A stretch of DNA of 63,475 nucleotides from Candidatus Jacksonbacteria bacterium RIFCSPLOWO2_02_FULL_44_20 (GTDB taxonomy: Bacteria; Patescibacteriota; Patescibacteriia; UBA9629), in assembly GCA_001818155.1 (NCBI GenBank), contig MHJU01000017.1, positions 1 through 63,475 on the forward strand. Direction: 5' to 3'. The translations under genes and the position numbers were made by a program. The notes beneath the pieces are model-generated. The model was not told the origin of the DNA. It ran no database searches and was given only the letters and a program-made list of their open reading frames with translations. Numbering within the stretch: position 1 is the stretch's first letter; every line of letters starts with the position of its first letter. Positions 38,165 through 47,080 of this stretch are shown here, piece by piece.

Positions 38165-39607
38165 TTACTCCACTATTCCGCCTGTCTCATAGTGAGAAAG
38201 TTCCGCCTCGCCGACCGCAACAACAACTGCGTCGCCGCGCGCGCGGATGCGAGTCCATGTTTCGCCGGAGCGCAGATGATATTTCTTGCCGCGCGAGATT
38301 AAAAATATCTTCTTGCCCGCCTCAATAGTAAGGTACACCTCATCAGGATACCCAATCTCTAACCCTTCCGGATACGAGTCCAAGTTCTCGCGGCTTGCAA
38401 ACTCAATTCTGCGTGGCGAGGGAAATCGCAGACCCAAAATGGTTTCGTTTGGAATCCACCGTTTTCGCCCATGCTCAATCATATACACGGTCGGGTCGTT
38501 TTCCTGCTTTACAAGCGTGCCGTCTGTAAAAGGCGCGACCAATTTTTGACCGAGCACTGCCGTGGCTGATGGCTCTTCCGGAAGCGGCTCTGGTTCTTTT
38601 TTGTCCTCGTTATCCTCTGTGTCTCGTTCCTCGCTTGTATCTTCCGGAATCGCGGGGCTGTTAGTGAAAGTTGGCGGAATAATCATTCCTGCCGGTGGCG
38701 GAGGCGGGGGTGGCGGCGCAGGCGGAGTGTAAACAATTTTTCGCACAGGATACGAGGCGCCGGCAAGCGCGATTGCCGTATAGGAGGTTGTATTAACCTT
38801 AAAGGCATTTTCAACGTTCTTCTCAGATTCAAACCAACCATCGGGTGTTTGAAGCGACTGCAAAAAGGCAATCGGAGTGTTGCCTACCTTAGACCACGCG
38901 GCGCTTTCGGGGTCTTCGCCAAGTTTATACAGCATACTAACTACCCATGCGGTGGTATCCGCGTTAGAATTCGTTCCATATGGACTTAGAGGATCAAACG
39001 GAAATCCTCCGTCAGCGTTTTGGGAAAGTTTAATATAGGAAACTGCGTTTTGAATTGCTGTGTCTCCCAATGAAACCCCGGCTTCTAGCATCGCCATCAC
39101 GGCCATTGCGGTGTCGTCAACGTCAGATGATCCGATCATAAACCCGAATCCGCCGTCGCTATTTTGATTGTTAAGAATAAATGTTTTGCTTTGTAGAATA
39201 GCCGAATCGTCTGCTGAAACGCCTGCGGCGATGAGCGCAAGGATGCCGAAAATATCGTCATTTAATGTTTGAGGATCCCCGAGTTGATTGTTTGCTGAAA
39301 ACGAAAGTAATTTTGCGACAAGGTCTTCTTTTGCAAATGAACGCGGGTCCCGCCCGAGCGCCGCAATCCCCAAAATTGGCCCGGCGCATGCGATTGCGAA
39401 ATCGCACTTTGCCTCTTTGAGATGATCCTCGGCGATGTCTTCTTCACCAAGAACGTAAAGCGCCTGCGTACTCCAATAATTTTGCGGGGCATTTCTAAGA
39501 TAAAGGCTGGCGAGTTGATTTTTTGACGGCGCCGCGCGAAGCGGTGTTACAAGTCCGGTTGCGATTGCGATAATCGCGAAAAAGGCGAGATGTGATTGTC
39601 GTCTCAT
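38165..39607 (-). CDS. Secreted alpha/alpha-toroid (prenyltransferase/terpene-cyclase-like repeat) protein with poly-Pro linker and two C-terminal surface repeats
   Basis: Signal peptide ending LRAAPS. Repeats QNSDGGFGF, QNADGGFPF and QTPDGWF. Linker PPAPPPPPPPPAG. C-terminal modules resemble those of ORF 10140..12287. Confidence 0.6.
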   Translation of the reverse strand: MRRQSHLAFFAIIAIATGLVTPLRAAPSKNQLASLYLRNAPQNYWSTQALYVLGEEDIAEDHLKEAKCDFAIACAGPILGIAALGRDPRSFAKEDLVAKLLSFSANNQLGDPQTLNDDIFGILALIAAGVSADDSAILQSKTFILNNQNSDGGFGFMIGSSDVDDTAMAVMAMLEAGVSLGDTAIQNAVSYIKLSQNADGGFPFDPLSPYGTNSNADTTAWVVSMLYKLGEDPESAAWSKVGNTPIAFLQSLQTPDGWFESEKNVENAFKVNTTSYTAIALAGASYPVRKIVYTPPAPPPPPPPPAGMIIPPTFTNSPAIPEDTSEERDTEDNEDKKEPEPLPEEPSATAVLGQKLVAPFTDGTLVKQENDPTVYMIEHGRKRWIPNETILGLRFPSPRRIEFASRENLDSYPEGLEIGYPDEVYLTIEAGKKIFLISRGKKYHLRSGETWTRIRARGDAVVVAVGEAELSHYETGGIVE

Positions 39608-39639
39608 AAAAATAAAAACTCTCTTGCGAACAAAGAGAG
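39608..39639 (-). terminator. Intrinsic terminator / RBS-sequestering hairpin of the riboswitch expression platform
   Basis: Minus-strand RNA reads CUCUCUU-UGUUCGC-AAGAGAG followed by UUUUUAUUUUU and then the AUG at 39607. Confidence 0.6.
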
Positions 39640-39835
39640 ATTTGCGATTTCTAATCGCCGATTATTAAAAATTAAAAATTGGAAATTAAAAATTTCTTAA
39701 ATGTCTCTCTGCTCGAAGAGAAGTATTACAAGCGAGTCCATAGACCTGGCTTATTCCAAAACTAGTCGGAAATCACAGTTGCGGCACAGCCGCGGATTTA
39801 AACCGCGTTCCTTGGACTGCTCTATTTGTCAATTG
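39608..39835 (-). promoter_or_regulatory. Cobalamin (B12) riboswitch, aptamer about 39731-39822 plus expression platform
   Basis: Minus-strand RNA GAGCAGUCCAAGGAACGCGGUUUAAAUCCGCGGCUGUGCCGCAACUGUGAUU matches the conserved GGGAA..GGUG.AAAUCC..GC.G.CCCGC.ACUGU core. It is followed by the B12-box-like AAGCCAGGUCUAUGG. Confidence 0.75.
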
Positions 39836-39964
39836 AAAACAGAGTAGTCTAAAAAGAGGATAGCGTCAAGCCTGAATATGCCACAATCTTCACAAGGAAT
39901 AAAGATGTTGTTATACTGTACTCTTAAACTCTTAAAAATTATAAATAATAAACGTACTTACTCT

Positions 39965-40999
39965 ATGGAAATACTATCACTTTTCAAGCTCGGTGTAGAA
40001 AAGGGCGCGTCTGACATACATATTATTGTGGGGAAACCTCCTGTAATACGAATTGACGGCGTGCTCAATGAAATAGAAGGCGCGGCCTTCACGAGGGGAA
40101 GCGCAAAAGAGAGTATTTATTCTCTTCTCACATCGTTCCAGCAAAAACTTTTTGAAACCGACCGCGAGCTGGATTTCTCATACGAAATTAAAAATGTCTC
40201 GCGCTTTCGCGTGAATATCCATTTTGAAAAAGAGTCGCCGGGGCTTGTCGCACGCATTGTATCTACTACAGTTCCCATATTGGACGAACTCCTTATGCCG
40301 CAGATTGTAAAAAAATTTCTCAAGATGCGCGAAGGGCTCATTTTGGTGACAGGCCCGACAGGATGCGGGAAATCAACAACTCTTGCGGCGATGATTAACG
40401 AAATCAACGAAACGCGCAACTGTCATATTATAACATTAGAGGATCCGATTGAATTTTTATTCACCGCTAAAAAAAGCATCATACGCCAGAGGCAACTCGG
40501 AAACGACATGAAATCCTTCAAAGAAGGGCTAAAACATGTGCTTCGTCAGGATCCGAATGTCATTATGGTCGGCGAAATGCGCGACCTTGAAAGCATTGCG
40601 GCGACCATTACGCTTGCGGAAACCGGGCATCTTGTGCTTGCGACGCTTCACACATTCTCCGCGGCGCAAACCGTTGACCGCATTATTGATTCCTTTCCGC
40701 CGTATCAACAACCGCAAGTCCGTCTTCAGGTTTCAATAACCTTGCGCGCAATTATCTCACAGCAACTTTTGCGGGGAGCGCGCGGGGGCAGAGTTTCATC
40801 GCGCGAAATTCTCATAAATAACAACGCTGTCTCAAATCTTATCAGAGAAAACAAAATTGCGCAGATAAAAACAGTAATACAGACATCGGCGGAAGAAGGC
40901 ATGATTACTATGGACAACGACTTAAAACGCCTGGTTGCTGAAGGACTCGTTGATATAGAAGACGCAAAGGCGCATATGTTGAATCCGGACCAATTATAA
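39965..40999 (+). CDS. pilT: Type IV pilus retraction ATPase PilT
   Basis: GASDIHI. Walker A GPTGCGKSTT. VIMVGEMRD. ATLHT. Start set at internal ATG (M30), giving a typical 344 aa. Confidence 0.85.
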   Translation: MEILSLFKLGVEKGASDIHIIVGKPPVIRIDGVLNEIEGAAFTRGSAKESIYSLLTSFQQKLFETDRELDFSYEIKNVSRFRVNIHFEKESPGLVARIVSTTVPILDELLMPQIVKKFLKMREGLILVTGPTGCGKSTTLAAMINEINETRNCHIITLEDPIEFLFTAKKSIIRQRQLGNDMKSFKEGLKHVLRQDPNVIMVGEMRDLESIAATITLAETGHLVLATLHTFSAAQTVDRIIDSFPPYQQPQVRLQVSITLRAIISQQLLRGARGGRVSSREILINNNAVSNLIRENKIAQIKTVIQTSAEEGMITMDNDLKRLVAEGLVDIEDAKAHMLNPDQL

Positions 41000-41002
41000 A
41001 GT

Positions 41003-41944
41003 ATGACGAACCGACATTTAAAAAAACTTTCAATTTTCCACGGATTCAAAAATATGGAACTGGAAATGTTTGTAGGCGGATCTCGCCAACAGGTTTTACA
41101 GCGCGGACATGAAATTTTCCGCTCCGGACAATCGCGAGATACATTTTTTATCATTCTTGAAGGAGAGGTGGAAATCGTAAAAGAACTAGGCGGCATGCGC
41201 GAAATTGTAACAATCGCATCCTCCGGCGAATACATAGCGGAAGAAGCTCTTTTTCAAAAATCGTCAAAACATTCGCACACGTGTTTTGTGCGGAGCGAAA
41301 CTGCAAGCGTGCTTGCGATCAAACGGCAAATCTTTGAAAAATTCCCGGAGAGTATGCGCCTCACATTTATTCTAAACCTGCTCCCGCTTATCTCGGAAAA
41401 CTTTGCTCACGCTTCAACTATTATTGTTACGCTCTCAAAAATCGGCGCGCTTCTTGGAGAAAACAGGGAAACCGTGCTCTCTTTGGGCACGCGCATACTT
41501 TCAATTCTTCGCGAGCCGACCAAAGCCGAACGCGGCATAATTCTCATGATTGAAAACGACGCGAGTCATGTGAAAATGCGGGCGATAACCGGATTTCAGG
41601 ACACTGCATATCTCAATAACAGAATCGGGCTTAATGAGGACTTCATCGCGGAACGGATCGTGCAAAAAGGCGAAACCGTAAATATACGGGAAGCAGAGTA
41701 TCTGCCTCGCACGCGTAAAGTTAGGTATGCCTCGCGCTCAATAATTGGTGTGCCGCTTAAAGTGCGGGGGCGTCAGATAGGCGCCATAATCCTTGCCGAC
41801 AGAAAAGGAGACGGCGGATTTACGCCAAACGACGAGGCATTGATCTCAATCGTCGCGCACACAGTTGGAATCGCGATTCACAATGCAGAGCACTTTGAAA
41901 TTCAGGAGGCTGAAGCGGAATTAAAAAGAGAATATGTGATGTAA
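41003..41944 (+). CDS. Cyclic-nucleotide-binding (CAP_ED) + GAF domain protein
   Basis: cNMP-binding beta-roll pattern FFIILEGEVEIV. C-terminal GAF-like IGVPLKVRGRQIGAIILADRK. Lies 3 nt after pilT. Confidence 0.65.
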   Translation: MTNRHLKKLSIFHGFKNMELEMFVGGSRQQVLQRGHEIFRSGQSRDTFFIILEGEVEIVKELGGMREIVTIASSGEYIAEEALFQKSSKHSHTCFVRSETASVLAIKRQIFEKFPESMRLTFILNLLPLISENFAHASTIIVTLSKIGALLGENRETVLSLGTRILSILREPTKAERGIILMIENDASHVKMRAITGFQDTAYLNNRIGLNEDFIAERIVQKGETVNIREAEYLPRTRKVRYASRSIIGVPLKVRGRQIGAIILADRKGDGGFTPNDEALISIVAHTVGIAIHNAEHFEIQEAEAELKREYVM

Positions 41945-41992
41945 GACTCTATTGTCCGCGTATTTTTTTTATGCTACTCTCCTCCCCATCAT

Positions 41993-42067
41993 GCCTCTGT
42001 AGTTTAATGGATAAAACGTCGGGCTTCGAACCCGAAAATGCAGGTTCGATTCCTGCCGGAGGCACCA
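41993..42067 (+). tRNA. tRNA-Arg (anticodon TCG), encoded CCA
   Basis: Acceptor GCCTCTG/CGGAGGC. Anticodon arm TCGGG-CTTCGAA-CCCGA. T-arm GCAGG-TTCGATT-CCTGC. Confidence 0.9.
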
Positions 42068-42089
42068 TCCCGTAAACAGGATGTTCCAC

Positions 42090-42166
42090 GCGCCCATAGC
42101 TCAATTTGGCAGAGCGGCTCGCTCTTAACGAGAAGGTTGCAGGTTCGATTCCTGCTGGGCGCACCA
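42090..42166 (+). tRNA. tRNA-Lys (anticodon CTT), encoded CCA
   Basis: Acceptor GCGCCCA/TGGGCGC. Anticodon loop CTCTTAA. T-arm GCAGG-TTCGATT-CCTGC. Confidence 0.85.
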
Positions 42167-42236
42167 GATAATACTTTCAATTATAAACCCGTGTCGAGCA
42201 TTTTTGATTTGGCAATAAAATTTGTGCGTCTCCTTG

Positions 42237-42617
42237 CTACTTCAAATACTTCTTCCGTATCCGATCCACAAGCTCGCTCGGCACAACGTCGGTCTTGATG
42301 ATTATCTCTATTGCGCCTAAATTTTCAGCTCTTTTCAAAACGTCCTCTTTAGTATAATTAGTGAAAATAATGATCGCTGTCGTCTTTGGAATGTTCGGAT
42401 TCTGCTTCATGCGTTCAAGCGTATCCACGCCGTCAATGCCGTTCATGAGAATATCAAGCAAAATCACATCCGGCTTTTCCCGCTCGGCAATTTTTATTCC
42501 GTCCTCGCCGTTTTGAGCCTGCAAAAATCTAACACCAGCCCGCTTAAAAACGAAGCTGTACATTTTTTGCTGATCCGGATCGTCCTCAATGAAGAGAACG
42601 GTTTTTTCGCGATCCAT
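42237..42617 (-). CDS. Stand-alone response-regulator receiver protein
   Basis: VLFIEDD and PDVILLDILMNGIDG (phospho-acceptor Asp region). 126 aa with no output domain. Confidence 0.8.
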   Translation of the reverse strand: MDREKTVLFIEDDPDQQKMYSFVFKRAGVRFLQAQNGEDGIKIAEREKPDVILLDILMNGIDGVDTLERMKQNPNIPKTTAIIIFTNYTKEDVLKRAENLGAIEIIIKTDVVPSELVDRIRKKYLK

Positions 42618-42628
42618 ACACTAAAAAA

Positions 42629-44827
42629 TTAAAGCGCCCTCTCCATCTCCACCCAAAATGTTGTGCCTTTATTAAGTTCGCTTGTAAAACCGACTTTTCC
42701 ATTTGGGTGCCCATCCATCAGCTCTTTTGTTATAAAAAGCCCAAGCCCAGAACCGTCTGTATACATACTGTTAGCGTTCGCCCCGCGCTTGAACTTCTCA
42801 AACAACCCAGGCTGATCCTCTTTTGGAATACCGACTCCAGTGTCTTCCACTTCAACTCTCACAACATCCTGAAAAGGCTTTACACGGACAACTATTTTAC
42901 CATCTCTCGGTGTGTAATGCAAGGCGTTTGTGATTAAATTGTCAAACACCACTTCCATATATCTCTCCGATGCGCGAACTAAAAGAGCGTCTCCGGGCGC
43001 TGAAAACGTCAGTGAAATATTTTTCACGCGCGCTTCGTCTTGGTGCATGGAAACGATTTTAGAAACATACGGAATGATCGGAAACCGCGCAATGTCCTGC
43101 TCCTTCAACGTAAACTCGCCGGTGTCGAGCTCCGAAGCGTACAAAATGTCGCGCACAATATGAGAAAGTTTTTCGGTTTTCTCCGCGATTGAGCGATACA
43201 CCTCGTCTTTTTCCGCCGGCGTTTGGCTGTCGTAATCGCCCTCGCGCAACATGGAAACATATCCTTTGATAACTGAAATCGGCGTACGCAGTTGATGCGA
43301 GGCGATATCAAGAAACTGGCCGCGCATCGCAAGAAGCTTTTCCAGATAAACGTTTTTCGCCTTAATTTCTTTTGTCTGATCTTCCACACTCTGTTCCATA
43401 TTTTCGTATAAAAGGGCGTTTTCAAGCGCAATTGCGGTTTGATTTCCGAGCGTTTCTAATAATTCTATATCTTCTTTTGTGTATGCGTCCCGCGATATCT
43501 TCGCGCCAAGAAGAAGAAATCCGATCAGTTCCCGCTTCACGACAAATGGAATGCAAACCTCGCCGCCTATTTTCTCCATATACTTCTGAATCTTTATGAA
43601 TTTTTCCGCGCCTTTATCTCTATGTCTATGCTCCATTGCCATGAACTGAAGCTCGTCTTTCACAACCGCCTTTTTGAAATGGCGGACCCATCTTGTAAAA
43701 AAACATTCCTCAAGATCGCACGACACATTTTTTTTACTCTCAAAGCCGACTGAATGAACAAGATGATAACAATGATTCGTTGAATTCTGCGCAAAAATCC
43801 TTACTGACTCAATATCCAAAACTTCATGCACCGTTTCAGTGATTAGCGAGCTGATTTTTAGAACGTCAACGATTCTAGTGAGCTTGCGTGTAAGAGATCG
43901 GAGTGTCTTTTGCGAATTATAGATGCTTGCGTAAAGATAACGGTTTGTGAGTTTAATGATACCCTTTTCCACAAGCGGCAAAACGAGCACAAACGCAATC
44001 GCAATGAATATCCCAGTGATAAGCGCGGGTTTCACCCACACGGACCCAAACGCCCGCACCATCGCCCATGTTACAAGATGAAACATTCCGTAGATAAAAG
44101 CCGCAAGAATAATTCGGATAGTTCCCCGGCGGACGACGAGATGGATGTCAAATAGGCGGTAGCGAATCATTGTATACGCATACATTGAAATATAGATAAT
44201 AACAATGGGATTACCGTATGGCGGTATATTAATATCATACCAAAAAGGAAAATTAGTAGAACCAAAAATGACCCCTAGTAGCAAACCGATAAATACATGT
44301 TTAATTTGTTGATGTTTTATCCCTTGATTCCTACGAAGGTGAACCAATAATTGATAAAAACCAATGATATGTAAACCAATAAAATTAATAAATAAATAGA
44401 TATGATATAACGGACCAGGTTTAGGCCAAAATGGAAATCCGTATGTAAGTTCAACATCTCGCACAAATAAAGAAGAATATGCAAACAGTAAAAAAATTAC
44501 ACTTGAAATATATCCATACCATAAAAGCCATTTATACTTTTTTTCAATACCGAGAAAAGAGAAAATCCAGTGTAAATGAAAAATTGGAATCAAAATAGAA
44601 CCAAGTCCTAGGCTACGGACTAAAAATAACGCTTCGTCATGATTATCTGCAAGTAACCATAACCCATAAAAAAAAGACCATGTCGCTATAGACAGACACA
44701 TGAAGAAAAAAATAAATTTTAATCTAGGATCGCCTTTACTTTTGAACAACGCAACAAAACCAACAAAACAGGTAATAATACTAATCGCAAAACCGGAAAT
44801 TGATAATAATCTTATAATAGAATCCAT
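42629..44827 (-). CDS. Sensor histidine kinase (N-terminal 7-TM region, GAF, HisKA, HATPase_c)
   Basis: H-box DIASHQLRTPISVIKGY. N-box NLITNALHYT. DTGVGI. GSGLGLFI. Confidence 0.8.
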   Translation of the reverse strand: MDSIIRLLSISGFAISIITCFVGFVALFKSKGDPRLKFIFFFMCLSIATWSFFYGLWLLADNHDEALFLVRSLGLGSILIPIFHLHWIFSFLGIEKKYKWLLWYGYISSVIFLLFAYSSLFVRDVELTYGFPFWPKPGPLYHIYLFINFIGLHIIGFYQLLVHLRRNQGIKHQQIKHVFIGLLLGVIFGSTNFPFWYDINIPPYGNPIVIIYISMYAYTMIRYRLFDIHLVVRRGTIRIILAAFIYGMFHLVTWAMVRAFGSVWVKPALITGIFIAIAFVLVLPLVEKGIIKLTNRYLYASIYNSQKTLRSLTRKLTRIVDVLKISSLITETVHEVLDIESVRIFAQNSTNHCYHLVHSVGFESKKNVSCDLEECFFTRWVRHFKKAVVKDELQFMAMEHRHRDKGAEKFIKIQKYMEKIGGEVCIPFVVKRELIGFLLLGAKISRDAYTKEDIELLETLGNQTAIALENALLYENMEQSVEDQTKEIKAKNVYLEKLLAMRGQFLDIASHQLRTPISVIKGYVSMLREGDYDSQTPAEKDEVYRSIAEKTEKLSHIVRDILYASELDTGEFTLKEQDIARFPIIPYVSKIVSMHQDEARVKNISLTFSAPGDALLVRASERYMEVVFDNLITNALHYTPRDGKIVVRVKPFQDVVRVEVEDTGVGIPKEDQPGLFEKFKRGANANSMYTDGSGLGLFITKELMDGHPNGKVGFTSELNKGTTFWVEMERAL

Positions 44828-44833
44828 GCCTTT

Positions 44834-46258
44834 TTATAAAGAAGGAAGGGGCGGATTGTTTTGTATCTGTGAGATATCTGCCTCCTTATTTGAAAACATA
44901 AATATATGATATATTTTTTTTGAATCTTCTTTCTCGGCGACAAGATGTACATGAGACGGTTGCCCCAAAGTTTTATTACTTGCTTCACTAAATGTCTGGA
45001 TCAATTCACCTCGGCTAGCGCCGTACATCTGTACTTTTAACTCTTTTGACCAGCGAAAAATAGATTCTAGCACATTTTGTTGTGGGTATGAATTCCCATT
45101 CGCCGCTTTGCCAATATGTGAAACAATATAAAAACTTTCCGGATGAGAAGCGAACATAGAGAAAATGTTAGCGTTAAAATTTTTCCGAATGCGCGACGAA
45201 AAATAATCATCCATACCAGCACATTCAATAATCACTGAAGTTCCGTCATCAACGACTACCCCATAAGAGCCAAGGAAGTCCTTAAGTATCTGTTTTCCTC
45301 CTATGACTTTGCTTAAATCATGCGGCAAAAATTTACACAATGATTGAACGCCGTACTCTTGGGCTTTCACCTGACTTTTAGCTACAGATTCCTGATCAAA
45401 GTCAATAAGAATCGCTTCTTTAATATAATCCTGTAATTCTTTTACTACATCTAATACCCCGCGCCCCATGCCTGAACCCAAACTGATAATGACCGGTTTC
45501 TTGCCTTTTTCACGATTTACAATAATCGCTTCATGTAATAATTGTTGGACAATATCCAGACGCTCGCGTGTCCCCTCACTTATAGGCAACTCTAAAGTAA
45601 TAATATCGGTTGCGATGTGTATTAATTCAGTAATGAGATCATTATTATTCTCTAATATCTTAGCATCACTAAAATCAATTGGGGAGCGATCTTTAATTGT
45701 CCCTGCAAAATCATCCAATTCTTTTTGAATCCAGTTTGGGTATCCGTAAATATGATCAAGTGTGACACCTGTTGCCGGAGACGTACGAATACGTTCTGTA
45801 TTTGGTGAACTGGTAACTAGTTCAAGCGAAACGTCATGCAAATTTTTTTTATTCGGCAATACATCAGAAAAGTAAATATACTCTGCGGCACGAGCTACAA
45901 TATTTTTTTTCAATTGCTCTATTGTAATAGTGCTGTCTGAAGCAATAATCTGCTCCGCAAACATTTGTAGCTCTAGCCGAAACCATTCATCAAATTGTGT
46001 AATCTCTTTCTGTGCATCAATGCTATTTGGATTCTCTAACACCGTAACAATATGGGGAGACATTTTAAAAAAACAATCCATCCACGATTCCGGTGTGTCA
46101 GGTTCACCTTCTCTCCAAAATAACTGATCCGTAACTTTTTCACGTCGTGGAAGCTCTAACCTTTCAACTAGCTGTTGTTCTACTGTTGTATTAGTAGGAA
46201 GGATGCGCATTAACCGCCCCTCATCAATAGAACCTTCCATTTTAGAACTATCGCTCAT
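44834..46258 (-). CDS. Hypothetical protein with C-terminal class-I SAM-methyltransferase-like fold
   Basis: VIISLGSGMGRGVLD (motif I-like), ILIDFD (motif II-like) and IIECAGMDDY. The N-terminal ~240 aa are unassigned. Ends 6 nt before the kinase start. Confidence 0.4.
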   Translation of the reverse strand: MSDSSKMEGSIDEGRLMRILPTNTTVEQQLVERLELPRREKVTDQLFWREGEPDTPESWMDCFFKMSPHIVTVLENPNSIDAQKEITQFDEWFRLELQMFAEQIIASDSTITIEQLKKNIVARAAEYIYFSDVLPNKKNLHDVSLELVTSSPNTERIRTSPATGVTLDHIYGYPNWIQKELDDFAGTIKDRSPIDFSDAKILENNNDLITELIHIATDIITLELPISEGTRERLDIVQQLLHEAIIVNREKGKKPVIISLGSGMGRGVLDVVKELQDYIKEAILIDFDQESVAKSQVKAQEYGVQSLCKFLPHDLSKVIGGKQILKDFLGSYGVVVDDGTSVIIECAGMDDYFSSRIRKNFNANIFSMFASHPESFYIVSHIGKAANGNSYPQQNVLESIFRWSKELKVQMYGASRGELIQTFSEASNKTLGQPSHVHLVAEKEDSKKIYHIFMFSNKEADISQIQNNPPLPSL

Positions 46259-46417
46259 ACTTTATAAGTTTCTCAAAACTAATCCAAGATACTCTTCTTT
46301 ACAAAAAAAAGCAAGGACGAGCGTTTTTTTACAAATATTTTCAAAACAATAAGCGCAAAAAAGACGGAAATGGCAGGAATGGTAATGGCGTCTGTTGTTC
46401 TAAAACTGAAACATCGT

Positions 46418-47080
46418 TTAAGATTTCAACTCTGCTATTAATGAAAACAAGCGAACCAAATCTTCTTTTGTTAAATTTTGATAGCGACCAAAATTTTTGA
46501 CAACCAAATGCGCTTCAGGACACATGTTAATCGCTCTGTCAGATAGTCTATATTTTACCTCTTCCGGTTTATCTTTTATTAAATCAGGAGATCTCTGCCG
46601 CATTCTTTCATCTCGCAAGTCATCAGGACTATACACCGCAATAATTAAAGATTGCTCAAGCAAATCAGACGGCATAACACTTTCTTTATTATTAATGATA
46701 GCATCATTCCCCGAAAAAATTGGAATTTTGCTTTTATCAACATTCAAGAAACCATATCGCTCTTCGCGATTTCCTTCCATTTTTCTCACCCAATGCAATC
46801 CGATATCTCCACATTGAACCATCTTCTCAAATTCATCGGCAGTTACAAATTGATTCTCTACGAGATTATCATTGGCTCTCTGCGGTCTAGTGATAACTCT
46901 TTTGGGAATTTGAAAAACCGAAGCGAGTGTCTCATTGGTTTTCATCGCGTTTCTAACCGCATCAACGAGTGTAGTTTTTCCAACAAGAGAAGAGCCAACA
47001 AAAATTATATCTGAAATCTGCTTGAGCTTTTCAAGATTTCTTGCTCGCAATCTGATGCTACTTAAATCTCTTGATTCCAA
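46418..47080 (-). CDS. Guanylate-kinase/PhnN-like P-loop kinase
   Basis: Walker A GSSLVGKTT. RVITRPQRANDNLVENQFVTADEFEKM parallels the Gmk/PhnN TTRPPR...Y.FVS.EEF segment. Confidence 0.5.
   Translation of the reverse strand: MESRDLSSIRLRARNLEKLKQISDIIFVGSSLVGKTTLVDAVRNAMKTNETLASVFQIPKRVITRPQRANDNLVENQFVTADEFEKMVQCGDIGLHWVRKMEGNREERYGFLNVDKSKIPIFSGNDAIINNKESVMPSDLLEQSLIIAVYSPDDLRDERMRQRSPDLIKDKPEEVKYRLSDRAINMCPEAHLVVKNFGRYQNLTKEDLVRLFSLIAELKS

Noticed and set aside
39791-39809. Hairpin CGCGG-ATTTAAA-CCGCG. Read as a tRNA anticodon arm, it would give a UUA (ochre suppressor) anticodon on the plus strand or a UAA (Leu) anticodon on the minus strand.
   Set aside because: No acceptor, D or T arms can be built around it. 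On the minus strand it is the conserved GGU..AAAUCC stem-loop of the cobalamin riboswitch.
41949-42164. 71-aa minus-strand ORF (MRPAGIEPATF...).
   Set aside because: It is the antisense translation of the tRNA-Arg and tRNA-Lys genes. The GIEPA-type peptide is a classic tRNA shadow.
46259-46417. Possible terminators or a structured RNA in the 159-bp gap between the kinase-like and methyltransferase-like genes.
   Set aside because: I could draw only weak stems (5 bp, with large loops) next to T-runs. That is not convincing without folding software.
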